A stretch of 53,866 bases of DNA, filler included, from Sphacelaria rigidula (lineage: Eukaryota), in assembly GCA_964200075.2 (NCBI GenBank). It is 4 parts of 4 records of this genome, joined end to end, with 100 filler letters (N's around TTAATTAATTAA, not from the genome) between each part and the next. Parts side by side here need not be neighbours in the genome. Positions count along the whole stretch, not along the records: positions 26,987 to 40,377 come from CAXNAA020002914.1; positions 40,478 to 53,866 come from CAXNAA020002915.1; 2 more parts are not named here. The stretch is one strand, 5' to 3'. The translations under genes were made by a program, and so were the position numbers. Below are positions 38,656-51,000 of the stretch, in pieces. The notes below the pieces were generated by a model. That model did no database searches, was not told the origin of the DNA, and saw nothing but the letters and a program-made list of their open reading frames with translations. How positions within the stretch are numbered: position 1 is the stretch's first letter; each line of letters opens with the position of its first letter.

Positions 38656-39087
38656 TGGAGGTTCTGAAATGTGGTCCGCTTTGCCATTCAAGGTAACTTC
38701 TAAGCAAACACACAAGTCATGACCACGAACCTTGCTTTCCTCCTTCGTGGAGGTGACATCACAGTGACTTGTTCGTTTATTCCTAGATTTGACACGGGAT
38801 TTTGAAGATTGCGGACAGCTTTTTTCCGGGATGAGCCTTGGGAACAATCATGAGCGAGGATCGAAGTACTTTTCAGGGGGAACTTCAAATAAATGTGATT
38901 TCCGGCCGTGATAGTATGTGGCCTCGCTCACTTCAAAATAAATACTGCAGCTATTTGTAAAATCCCGTGTTAGAGAGCGTGAGCGAGGCCACACATCACG
39001 TCCGGAGGCCGCGTGTACATGAAAATAGAAACTCGACTCCTACGAAGGTTTCTAAGGCTCATCCTCGAAATCATATCCATCCATAAT

Positions 39088-39299
39088 AGAGGTATCTCAA
39101 ACTCGGCTCCCGGTATCCTGGTTTGTCTTGTTCTATTTTTCCAAGTGAAAGTGATGGCGATTCATCAGATGATGAGACCCTTCCACTGTCAGGTCAGGTC
39201 CTCCTATGAATCGCGATCACTTTCACTTGAAAAAAGTAATACACAACTCAGAGCCAGCGAATAAACCAGGATACCGGGAGCCGAGTTGGAGATACGTCT
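39088..39299. repeat. Hairpin or MITE-like inverted repeat
   Basis: aactcggctcccggtatcctggttt...caagtgaaagtgat pairs with atcactttcacttg...aaaccaggataccgggagccgagtt. Confidence 0.75.
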
Positions 39300-39383
39300 G
39301 GTATGTGAAATCTCGTGTTTTATGCTCCTGATTCTGCTGGAAATACTCCGAGTCGTTCTTATGATGTTTCTTTTTCGAATCCT

Positions 39384-39594
39384 TGTAATGCGTGAGAGGA
39401 CCGCGTGATTAGAGGACCGCGTCGGAATTTGAACATCCCTATGGTTAGGGTTAGGGTCAGGGTTAGTGTTAGGGTTATAGTCAGGGGCGTCGTACCTGCA
39501 GGTACTGGCCCGATGGATTTTGAAAAGCGTCGATCCTAAGGTGTTTTGAACTACGGCGCGGTCCTCTAAGCACGCGGTCCTCTCGCGCATTACA
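39384..39594 (-). mobile_element. Telomeric-repeat-containing TIR element, 5-bp TSD ATCCT
   Basis: atcct|TGTAATGCG...CGCATTACA|atcct. 38-bp TIRs and internal TTAGGG units. Confidence 0.92.
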
Positions 39595-39910
39595 ATCCTC
39601 TTCTGGTTAGGCTTGTTTTGAGTCTTCGGTGCAAATTTACTGTTTGTTCTGCGGGTAGAATTGGTAAGACTCCAGTGATTGTTGGGTTTTGTCAAGCCCG
39701 GACACGTCTATTTCTCCTGGACTGGGAGGCCATGATGACAGTAAGCCAAATTTGGATATCAAGTGAAACCAAAATTACCAAATTTTCTTGCCTCCGGCGG
39801 CGCCACCCGCGGTGGGCCCTCTGGGGTTCGGACAGTGAACGGGCGAGCGGTAGGACTCGGCTACGCTCGCGCGCTCACTGTGCGAGCTCGGTTGACGCGC
39901 TTGCACTTCG

Positions 39911-40159
39911 GACACTTTCTACGATAGCCCCCCCGAAAAAGTGCAGGATTTTTGGGGGCGAAATCTTCACGTGAATCGAAATGGGAAAAGCCGACCACAA
40001 CGAGAAGCTGGGAATTCCCACGCTTGGGTTCGTCCTGGCCAATGTCGCCAATATGAGGCCCTTCATGCAGCCTGAACGCGAAGATCAGGGGTTGCATGAC
40101 CATTTGTTTCGTGACATTTTTAGCTGGTTTTGGGGGGGGGGGCTATCGTAGAAAGTGTC
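39911..40159. mobile_element. MITE family S2, 4-bp TSD TTCG
   Basis: ttcg|GACACTTTCTACGATAGCCCCCCC...GGGGGGGCTATCGTAGAAAGTGTC|ttcg. The TIRs are perfect. Confidence 0.88.
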
Positions 40160-40377
40160 TTCGGCTTTGCCCGAGTTCATGGAAATTTAGCGATAACACT
40201 GTCTATCAACACCAGTGGCACAAAGCTCCTGTGTGCTACGTGACGTGCGGAAAGCTTCGCTGTTTGACTTATTTACGCACCTTACATCTCACCAAGTAGA
40301 AGCACGGGCAAGTCAATTGCTCACAATATTTTCTACGACATCCCCCCCCCCCCCCCCCCCCCCCCCACCCCACCCTC

Positions 40378-40477
40378 NNNNNNNNNNNNNNNNNNNNNNN
40401 NNNNNNNNNNNNNNNNNNNNNTTAATTAATTAANNNNNNNNNNNNNNNNNNNNNNNNNNNNNNNNNNNNNNNNNNNN
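40378..40477. other. Artificial contig linker
   Basis: N-TTAATTAATTAA-N, 100 nt. Confidence 0.98.
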
Positions 40478-40906
40478 AGGAACAAGTTGTGGCTGTTTGC
40501 CGCTCGATTATTAAAGTATTGAGGGTTCGCGTAATGCGAGGGGGGGTGGGTGGGGGGGGGGGGGGGGGGGGAGGGGCGGGGGGGGGGGGTTGATCCCTAG
40601 GGACTACGGACCACCAATAGGTGGAGGAGAGACGTGTAAATTCTGGCCGATTCCGAAGGGAGTCCTCCACTCTGTCCTTGTCAAAGAGAGGTTCTGGAGA
40701 CCTTCCCGGGAACAAAGTGTATACCTGATGTTTTTTTTTGTCGGGAATTTGGCTTGCTTTGCTCTGGGTGCCCTGCGGCGTGCGACGCGATCAGTTATAT
40801 TTCAGCGCGTCTGTGTTGATTTATGCCGACGAGTCCGGCCCTCGCCGCCTCCTTGACGTCACGACAACTGTCTGCCGATCTTTTCCGAACACGTCCGCTC
40901 TTACAG

Positions 40907-43900
40907 GTCGCCTGGGGCCTCCGGTGTAGGTCTATCCGATGACAGCCCCCTTCACTCCTTCGCTGACAGTCCTGCCGGCAACGGGAGCGCTGTAAGCAGA
41001 GGGGCGAAGTCTACCGCTCTAGGCAAGGTGCTTGGTATCGGTAGTGACCGTATCACTGCTGAGCGTCATGAAGATGGTGCCGTCGGCAATAAAGACGACG
41101 TCACTCCAGACAATACGGCTCCCATCACTACCGCTACTACTCGTAGTGATGGAAATGTTGCCCCAGCAGCGGCAGGTTCCGCTGTACCGCTTGACATGTC
41201 CACCGTCGGCGATCATGCCACGAACGCGGACGACTCAGGAAGACCAGGAAGCGCTACAACGACTAGAAGCAAAAGCGACGCGTCCGACAGGCGGGCAAGC
41301 AGGGCGAGCAGCCGCCGTCGGGCTGCGCCGCAAAAAGGAATTCCACCGGCAGGAAACGATCCGACGAACTCGTCGGAGGAGCCTGTGTGGAATTCCAGTA
41401 CTAGAGATGATGAAGGCCTCGGAGGTGAGCGGCGTTCCACGCGGCGAGGCGCCCGGACGAAAGCCTCTGCGGGCAGTTCGTCGTCCTCATCTAAGCCCTC
41501 ACGTTCTTCGAAGGTTGCTGGTATTGCGGGTTCCACGGCCGCAGCTACGGTCACACCAGTCACCACAAGCCCGAGCACTGCCGAAGGGGTATCGTTGTCT
41601 TTATCTCCGAGAAACGAAACATCCACGATCCCTGCTGAAGATTGTTCAAACGTTGTAGCACCACCCGGTTCTGTGCATGCCGACGCTGCCACGGTGGGGG
41701 CGGGTGCGGGTGCTAACGCACGAGATGCGGCGCCGCCGGAGCGACGCAAAAACGGCGATACGCCTCTCGCGGTAGAGGGGGCAGCTCATAAGGAAGCCCA
41801 TAGCGACAGTTTTGGAACGGCGACTGTTGCTCGACGCCGCTCGACAAGGGGCAGAGGAGGGGGTGAGGGGGGCGGCGTAGCGGCCCCAACTAGTGATGAC
41901 GAAGCGGCAGAGCGAACGGATGCGGATGACGAATTATTCCCGGCAACGTCTCTTCGATGTTCCCAGGCGGAAGTAATTGTCGGCGCCGCCATGCTGCAGA
42001 ACTTGGGCGGTGGTGATGTGGGGAATGACTCCCTTGCTGATGCGGGTGTCGGTGCGGACAACAACTTTCACGATGATGCTGGTGCTGGTATGGGGGATGA
42101 CTCGTTTGATGCTTATACGAGTGGTGCCGTCGAGGAGGAGGAAAGTGTCTCGTCAGCCGTTGAGAAGAAAAGAAGAGGAAGCGTAAACGGGAAAGGCAAG
42201 GGCAAAGGGAGAGGAAGGTCGGTAAGTGGTGGTGGTGGAAAGGGAAAGAAGGCGAAAGATACGGCGGCAGTCCCTACGGCGAGGGGTCGTCGTGGTAGCG
42301 CATCAACAACCAGGAGAGGTTCTTCTGCTCCAGCTCGTTCACGATCCGATGCGACAGTGGCAACGGCAGAGGCCGCCGCATCCGCTGAGGTAATCGCCGC
42401 GGCGGTGGCTCTGGCGTCCGCCAAAACTACAACTCATGAGGGAGATGATGAAGCAACGCGCGTAGATGATGGCGATGCAGGGCCGGCGGTACCCGGGGCC
42501 GCAAAGAAGAGCAGAGCGAAGAGTAGCACTACTGGCCAGGCACGCAAGAAGGGCGGGAAGAAGCAGACAGGTTCCGCTGCCGCGACGGACGCTGGGGCGA
42601 ACGGGGGAGGAAAGCGTGCCCGCAAGGGTTCTCGAAACGTCCCTAGGAACGATGACGAGCACTGTCCCACGAACGACGATGACGACGGCGGTGCTGGTGA
42701 AATGGGTATGCCGTCGGCTACCACGGCTGCGTCCGACAATGATCACGGGGGTCGTGGTGATACTGGTTCCGGTGTATCGACGGCAGGCAAGAGGGGCAGG
42801 CCTAAGGGTGGAGCAAAAGCTGCAACCGCCAAGAAACGTAAAAGCTCTTCTTCAGTGTCGTCATCTACGAGCCCGGTTGAAGACGACACAACGCAAGGGA
42901 GGGTGGCACAACAAGGGCGGAAAAAACGTCCGGCGCTGTTGAGGAACGTGTCCTTGGCAGCGCCGACGCCCGCGTACTGTGGGACTGATCCTGAGACCGG
43001 TTCCGGAGGCAGTTGGGAGAAGTTAGCTGTGCCACAATCGTCGACAGATCCTGTAGTAGACAGCTACCCTAGCGGCGGTAGGAAGCGCAAATCTCGTGCT
43101 GCTTCCGCAACGCCGTCGCTCGAGGCTGAAGGCGGCAGAAATTGTGAGAACGATCCCGGGAATAATCCCGAGAGCGATATCGAGAATGATCCTGGGAATA
43201 CCGTTGTCGGCGTCGGTGGCGACGCAGGTGAGATTGACGCTGGTATTTCGGAGGAGTCGAACAGGGGTAGTCAAGGGCAAGGCAAACACGGCGCCAAAAA
43301 AAAGACCAGCGGCTCGGGCTCGGGTGCCAAGGGAAAAGGCAAGGCGTCAGCTCCGAGGGCGAAGCGGAAGAGCGGTGTCAGTGCGAGGAAGGGGAAGCCG
43401 ACAAGCGGGGGTGGTGCTGGCCGGGGTGATGACGGAAGCGGTGGGGGCGGTGGGAAGCGAAGGCGCAGAGAAGGTGATGACGGTAGCAGGGTGTTGCGAA
43501 TTTGTTTCAAGCACAGAAGTCGGCATGGTACGACACAAGACATTTTAGATGCACCTACTTACAGTGCGCCGGTATCCCAACACTACCATTGGAAAATCCG
43601 ACGGGTTGTCCACATGAGTCAATATCTGGTACCAGTTGTGAATCGCAATCAGGGTGGATACGTTTTACAAGAGAAGGAAGAAGAGAATTGGTTGGAATAC
43701 CACAGCAGGGGCTTCACGGTTGGTTTGGGGGTTACGTCACGAGTAAATCTTGGAAGTATCCAAGGGTCGGACAAAAAATGATTCGTCTGGAAATTACTCG
43801 GTTTTAGTATAATTGGTTCGACTCGTACGAATCAATCCCTAGGCTATGTTTTCAGCGTTGCAACCCAGGTACACGCAACCAAGACACATGGAGTGGCGCA

Positions 43901-45035
43901 AAAGTTGCGTGGATACCCCTTGAACCAGCGGTCAACTTTTTTCTCCCTTTTGGGCAATCAGGCCGAAGAAACTGTGGATTTGGTGATTCGTAGTCGTGAT
44001 GACTCGTCCTAACCGTGGAAGTGTCGTGTCGCATGTGGTCAGTCCTCCGCTATCCTGCGGGAAAATACGGGAACTAGAAACGATATCTAAAAATGTTGAG
44101 GGGTCAGCGGTGAACGAGAAGCAAACTCGTGATAACAAGTTCGTGGGTTACCGCACATGCATCCCGTGCGATAGGAAGGATCGAAATGGTCAAATGGTCG
44201 ATCGCGTTACTTGCGCATATATCGGGGAGTAATAATGCCTAGTATCCGCCGAATTTGATACAAGGCCCTCTTTTATACGTGTTCGTCTTCGCTGAATAGG
44301 TAGCGGTGGAGGTCAAGGCGGCAAGGGTGATGGACAACGGAAGAGCGGAGACGACAGGAAGGCCCAGGAAGGCGTTATCCGGATTGCCTTCTCGGGTCTA
44401 CAACCCGGTGATCGGCAGGTATTCCCGGAAACAAATTAATTGTTTCCATGTTTTTGAGTGTGTTCGCCTTCCGGATCTACACTCGGGTAATGGGGTAATC
44501 AACGCGTATTCAGAGCGGGGTGTCATTTTTTCAAGTGAAATTTTTAGTTCGAGTCCAAAATCCGGCAATCCACAGTAAAGTCCGGTGGCGGTGGCTTGCT
44601 TCGTCGTGGGGGCAATCTCATCGCCCTGAGTGCCTGCCCCTTGCCATCGTGCATTTCACGCTGCTTTTGTTGTTTGCGTGTTGCATGGCCGCCTTTCCGT
44701 CCGTGTATCTCGTTGATGAGACCTTGGTTTATGTGCTCTCTCTTGGTTTCTCCCTCCTCTTGTCTACGGCATTTCATGTTTTGCTGCTGTCTCGACAGGC
44801 TGCTATAAGCGTGGTACGATCACTGTCGAAGGGACACAAGCCCGCGGGGTCTGGCGTTTGCTCCAAGGAAACCGAACCGTTCACTCATCTGGTCATTCCT
44901 GATGAGAAGCGACGCACGCTGAAGGTGACGGAATTCCCCGACTTTTCAATACCTCATCAACTGTGACGCAGCACGATCGAGGGCTTCCCATGCTGTGACT
45001 GCTCTTGTACTACATCCACTTTTTTTTTTCGTACT

Positions 45036-45067
<32 letters not shown>

Positions 45068-48000
45068 TCGCGACCTGCGACCTCGTCCTCAATACTTGTA
45101 CTTGACCGNNNNNNNNNNCCCTCTCCTTCCCCCCCTTTTTCCCCCCCCCCCCTTTTTTTTTCGTACTCTCCCCCCCCCCCCCCCCTCCCCCCCTTCCTCA
45201 GGACGAGTGCGTCCATGGTCTCTAAGATTGAACCTATCTGTCCCCGGTACACGTCTGCCTTTTGGTATCGCGGATTGGGTCAGCATTCTCTCACCGCATC
45301 AGCTCTCGTCAAGCAAACTAGGTCAACTGCTTCTTTTTCCCTCACTTACTCACGCTCTCAACGGTGGATATCAGATACTTGGAAGAAAAAACCCAACGCA
45401 TCGGGAATCGAACCCACGCTCTTCCCGCCCTATAGTGAGATAGTGACCGTTGGACGATATCAAACCACGGGGACGCGGTGGCACTGTAAAGAGTGTCTCG
45501 TGGTGTGTCTTCGTGTTGCTGAACGAGTGCTTCTCCATTCATTTTCCTCTGGATCCACCTGTCTTGTCCTCACTAGTGGACTTCGTAGTGCATCACTCGT
45601 CACTTGATGCCAGAGAAAATGAGCCAACCGATAACCGACCTATGGGCCCATCGGTCAAGGTAACATATATGTTTCTGTAGGGTAACCCGACAGTTGGTGA
45701 CATGGAGGCTCCGCAACATTGAAGCGTGATGCCGCACAGTACTAGGTCATTTTGGCATTGAGAACGCCGTACGCTTGACCCTTTTGAGGGGACCCCCCTC
45801 GGGCGGACCATGGATGAACACCCGAAAAACGGCAGCTTGTGCTCATATCGAAAACGCCAACTTACGCGAGTTGAGGGTGTAACCGGGAGCAAGTGAGTGA
45901 AATGGTAGCACACTGGATGCAAGATGAGCCACATATGGATATTTCACTTTCTATTTGAACCAACTCACATGGAAAAACCTTCGGCGAAAGTCAAATCGAG
46001 CAAAACGTTCATAACCTCATGTCTATTGTAACATCAAGTCGCCTAGCGCGGGCTTGAGTGCGATAGGATGATGGCGGTGCTGTGCGAGTCAAACGCAATG
46101 GCGGACCTCTGTACTGACCTGTATGCAGTCATCTACATCCTGTAAAGATACCTACTGTACGGTGTTCCACACGTTTGGTCACGACAACATGATGCCCACT
46201 TCGTCCGCGGGACTGTCAGCGGAGGAAAGTGTACCGAAACGAGGCCCGCCGCTCAAATGGTTGAGGTGATGTCAATGTGACAACCCTATTACATGACGCT
46301 ACACAGTGCGTGAGTGTTGATAGTCATGACCCAATCCGCGAGACCAAAATGCAAGGCGTGTAGGAAGGAGAGAGGGGCTGATTCCTGGAGACCACGGACT
46401 CGTCCCGAGGAAGGGGAGGGATTCAAAGTGCGACAAACAAAATGAAAATAAATAAATAAAACACACCTCGTTGTCCTTGTTTTTTTCTTTTTTTCCTTTT
46501 GTTTCTGGCAGGTGCTTTTCGCCCTCTGTGGTCCTGTAGCCCCGAACGGCCGTCCTCCTGCGGTCGTTACGGTGGCTTGGCTGTATGCTTCATTGGGAGC
46601 AGGCTTCTTCGTAGATTCGGAGCCCTTCCGTCCGGAGAGGTGATGCAAAGAAAATTCACCGGCTGCTTCCCGTGAAATGGTGCTAATTATCCAACTTGAC
46701 GTTCGCGATTTCACCCTCTTCGACTTTGTCGTATTTTATCTGTGAGAGAAGAACTGGTCCACATGACGATACGCAATGCAGTACAGCACAGCAGAGTACA
46801 GTAGGATCATTTGCTGTTTTGAACATGTGACAGGATTCACGTATTTACGGGTTAAGGACCAGAAACATGTGCGTCGTGAAACAAAGTGAGAATTCGGGCA
46901 TCCACGATCATGCCCCCATCCCCTTCCTCCTCCCTCTTCCGCATGTCCCCTGCCTTTGCGTATGTCCTTTCTCGAAAGGTACCGAGGACCCCCATCTGCA
47001 GGAACCGACGGTGAAGTGACGCGTACACCCTCATGTTCCATTTCTTCCCACCTTATCTCCGGAGAACGGGTGATGCTGGCAGGTGTCGTAGATCCCCCGC
47101 AAGATGTGTCGGAGAATCTAGTCAGGGCTGCGGGGGCCGAGGTACGAAGTGCTTCTCTACTTAACCTTTTTCATGTGCGCAAGTTTGATATGACGCATGA
47201 GTCAGCGAACGGTGCTGACATCGTATTCTCGTGGACCAGAGGGGTGTGTCAGAGGCAACACGTGTTTGGGGGACATTTCGCAGCCTCGCCGCGTCCAGAT
47301 TTGATTCTGGTGTGCCTACACCGTTTCTGTCGATTGCCTGATATACCGTATGATGCGATGGCATGCAGCCTACGATTGTGCGATCCAAATTCTTGTGGGT
47401 GTCGCAGATCCTCGAAGCAAGAGACGTTGGAATATCTGTTTTCTGGGCCGCTAGGGAAGGACTGGACCCGACTTGATTTTAGGGAAGAGTTCAAAAATGT
47501 GTTTGACAAACTGTCGGGGAGAGACGTATTGATCCCTTCAGACACGAACTGTTCCCGCGGAATGGGGAGGGGAAGGGGAAGGTATTGGAAATGAGGAACA
47601 AAAGATGAAGAAAAAAAAACGTTGGAGATGAGACCTCTGTTTGATTTAGCTCCTGCGATTCGCTTCGAATGTGCTATAATCCCTTCTTTTGTTTTTCAAA
47701 CGCACCACTTTTTGTTGATCAAGAATTCTCAACCCCCCTTTTGGACACACCGCCGTTCGTCGTAATTCCTTCTTGTACTCCAATGCGACAATTGGTTACC
47801 TTTGAGCTTTGTCACCAGTACGGAGGACTCTGCAGTGAGAGATCCGAGGAGCGTCACATTCGGAAAAGTTCGCGGGTTTCCCCGAGACCAAAGAGTGCTC
47901 GGAAGAGCGAGTACCAGTCCACAGCAGAAGAAACACTCCTGCTGGGGTCATGTTTCTCAGAGAAGTCGATGTTAGCGGAGGGTATTCCCTTTCCATGCGG

Positions 48001-51000
48001 GTTCCTCGTGTCCACATGTTGCACATTGTGCCTTTTCCTACACGGGGGGCGGGATGCTGCAGTAGGTGCTCCAATTGTTTTCATGGTCGTGAGAACGGGT
48101 ACGCTCAAGTATGATCGGTAGGCTTGTGTTCTTCGGTAAAGCGTCTTCACCGCACTGGTCACAATACCATGCATCTACTCTAAACTCGGCATCAGCACAC
48201 TAGATGCGAGTGGTTTGTCCGAAAAGCGCAAGTTATTAACCTTCGAACCGTCACACTTCGCGTGGGAGAGCTTGGATCTTGGAGACGTTGAAATTGAGAA
48301 TTTTGCCCACGTTTCGTGGTGACACCGGTATCACATAACGCCTTTTCCCTTTTCCCTTTCCCTTCTCCTTTTTCCTTTTTCCCTCCCTTTTTAATTTTGT
48401 GTTTGCTATTTGGGCAGATCACTGAGCAGATGACGGAGGCATCGCTCGTTCTCGTCGACTCGGAGGCACAGCTCAACGTGAGTTACATGACTGTCCTTCA
48501 TACTTTTACTGACCTTTTCCCCACATGATGGGGTCTCCTAGTACTATCTGCACATGGCCTGCTGCCACTGTTGCTTTTTTATTTTACTGTCACGCTAGGT
48601 ACGACCTCAGCTGGACCTGGAGCTACGACGTTATTTAAACCCAAAGTTACGCAACGGCATCTGCAATGTTTATCTTGGTTAACCAGCGCGACACATTTCC
48701 TATTCTTGGGTGCATGACCAGAGGTAAGGACCGACTGACCTTACCTCGAGAATGTTGTGTTATATTCTTCCGATTCATGCGTCCGGGAGAGTTCTACACC
48801 AGTCTCAGTCTTCCCGCACTGCATTTGTCTCCAGTGCGTTTTGTTTAGCCGGGTCCTCGGTCAGTGTTGTTCCTTTTCAACGTTATGGAGGCATTGTACT
48901 GAAAAAAAATTCATCATCCGCGGCGTCAATCGAAGACGGTCATACTCTAAGGCCTAAAATACGCTGAGACTAAAGAGGGCGGACGTTCTTGGAAGAGATG
49001 TCTCCACACCAACACGGGTACCTGGCGCTACAGACTAGCTTTCGCGCGTTTGACAGCCGGATGGGAAAGGATGCCTATCACTACGAATGCAGAAAGCGTT
49101 TAGTGCACGATATATATCCGCGCAATTGTAAGTTGACACTGTGTTCCCAGTGCCAGTACAACGAGTACTGTAGAGCTGACTGTACGATGCGAGCCACGCC
49201 TCGACAGGGCTAGAATACGTGCATGCAAAAAAACAAATTGCAACTCACACTGTGTTCTATTATGGAACCAGGTGAAGACTCTGCACAAAGGCGTGATCAC
49301 GCGCCTGCCAGAGAATAGTAAATATCTTCACGTGGGAGCACACTACGGAAGAATATCTGATTGATTCTGATGGAAAAAAACAACAGCAACTGCCCCTGTC
49401 ATTTTCAGACCGTCGTGGTAACGTCCAAGCTAGGTCTGGCACTGTGAGGGAGGAGATGTTGCCCCCTGCCCGAGCAGATCCGCAGTGGTCCTTGACAGAA
49501 AACACTCATCTCCTTGGGTGCGTTGTGGGGCCGCGTCTTGCTCGCCGCGGCGTACAAAACTCTAGGGCATCTGCCTCTAACATATGGAGAACCTAAACTA
49601 GCGGTTTTTTCCGGCCTTGGTGCCAGCCTCGACCAACAGGCGGGCGATGTAAACAACAAGGATGGCAAGATCTACTCCCGTCTCCGCGCGGATTTCATAC
49701 CGTTACCCTCTGGAACTGTCATCAGAAAATGTTCTTGTTTTCGGATTCACTGCAGCATCGTGCATAAACATCCTTTCAAGCCACGCAGCGCACAAAATGC
49801 CCTGGTGCACCGAAACTACTGCGTCAACACCTACCTGCGGTTTCAGTCCACACATACGTCAAGTTTAGTTTCAGTATCATCAGACGCCTGGTGTACTGTG
49901 TTGGGGCGCCTAATCTTCAAAAATACCGCCTCCATAATATTGAAAAGGAAAAACACTGCAGTGAAGCGTTGAAAACAAATTACGAGTTCCTGGTGAAGAA
50001 AAAAATATACTCTTATACTCCCCCTTCTCAGAGTAATGGGTTGAAAAGCAATGAGCACCGGAAACAGGCAACAGACAAGGAACACCATTGGAACGAGTAA
50101 AAAACAAATTCTGAAGAAAACGTCGGCAAAAGTAGTAGCGGGCGGCAATTTTTCGAAGCGCTATAACCAGAAACCATCTCAATTTGTTTTTTCGAACTTG
50201 TACTCCGCGTCGAACCTCATCGATTGCCTTGCTGGAACAAATTGCAAATTCCTGCGTTTCTCACCCACTTCAGGCATGGATAGAGAAGCAGAAGCCGACA
50301 ACAACAACGAGCGGTCGAGCCTCGAAAAATCGGCGTGCGGCAAAAACCGGCGGCGGCAACAGGAGGGGACTCGCTCGCTCCACCCCATTGCCTGGGAAGG
50401 CCAATGTCGGTGGAGGCGGCGACAGCGGCGCCGTTCAGCGAGGGGCAGGGAAGCGAGGAGGGAGCATGGGGTGGGGCCCAAACGAAATGGCGGCGCTTGA
50501 GAGTTTGAAGGCGGCAAGTGGCGTGGTGCGTTTGTTGTTGGCGACGGTAGTGTTGTGACGCTCTGTTTTGTTTCGTCACGGGCCAGAGGGCGGTGCTTGG
50601 AAAATCCAAAGCCGGAAATGGGCCGGGGTTGAATTGTCGGTGTTGTTCCTGTGTGATGACGGCGTGGTCTCGTGCCGTGGCACGCCTGTTTCCAGAAAGG
50701 TGTTCAGTCAGGTGACCCTAGAATCTTGGTACGCAGTATGACCTGACAGTGTAGGCCTCTACCCTCGTTGTGTCACATGGCCATGTCATGGAGTGCCATC
50801 ATTTTTGCCGCTCACCAACCGCTGTTGACTTGTGTATGCCTTCACACCATCACGCGTTGGGTCTAGTTCTCTCGCGCGTGGTGTTGACGGCGACACTTCT
50901 CGCCAGCACTATTATCGCTCTCAGAGACATTCGACTCCGTGGTGTTCTAGCGAAATTTTGGAGAGGGTAGTTTCCAGTCAGGGGATAAAAACATTGATCT

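Noticed and set aside
43528-43781. C-terminal part of ORF 41028-43781 as coding
   Set aside because: Composition changes and the frame runs into a MITE. A phase-1 donor at 43528 joins the BRCT exon at 44300.
45005-45607. Proline-rich ORFs here and at ~28932-29351 and ~40215-40715
   Set aside because: They are produced by poly-C/G runs next to N gaps and repeats.
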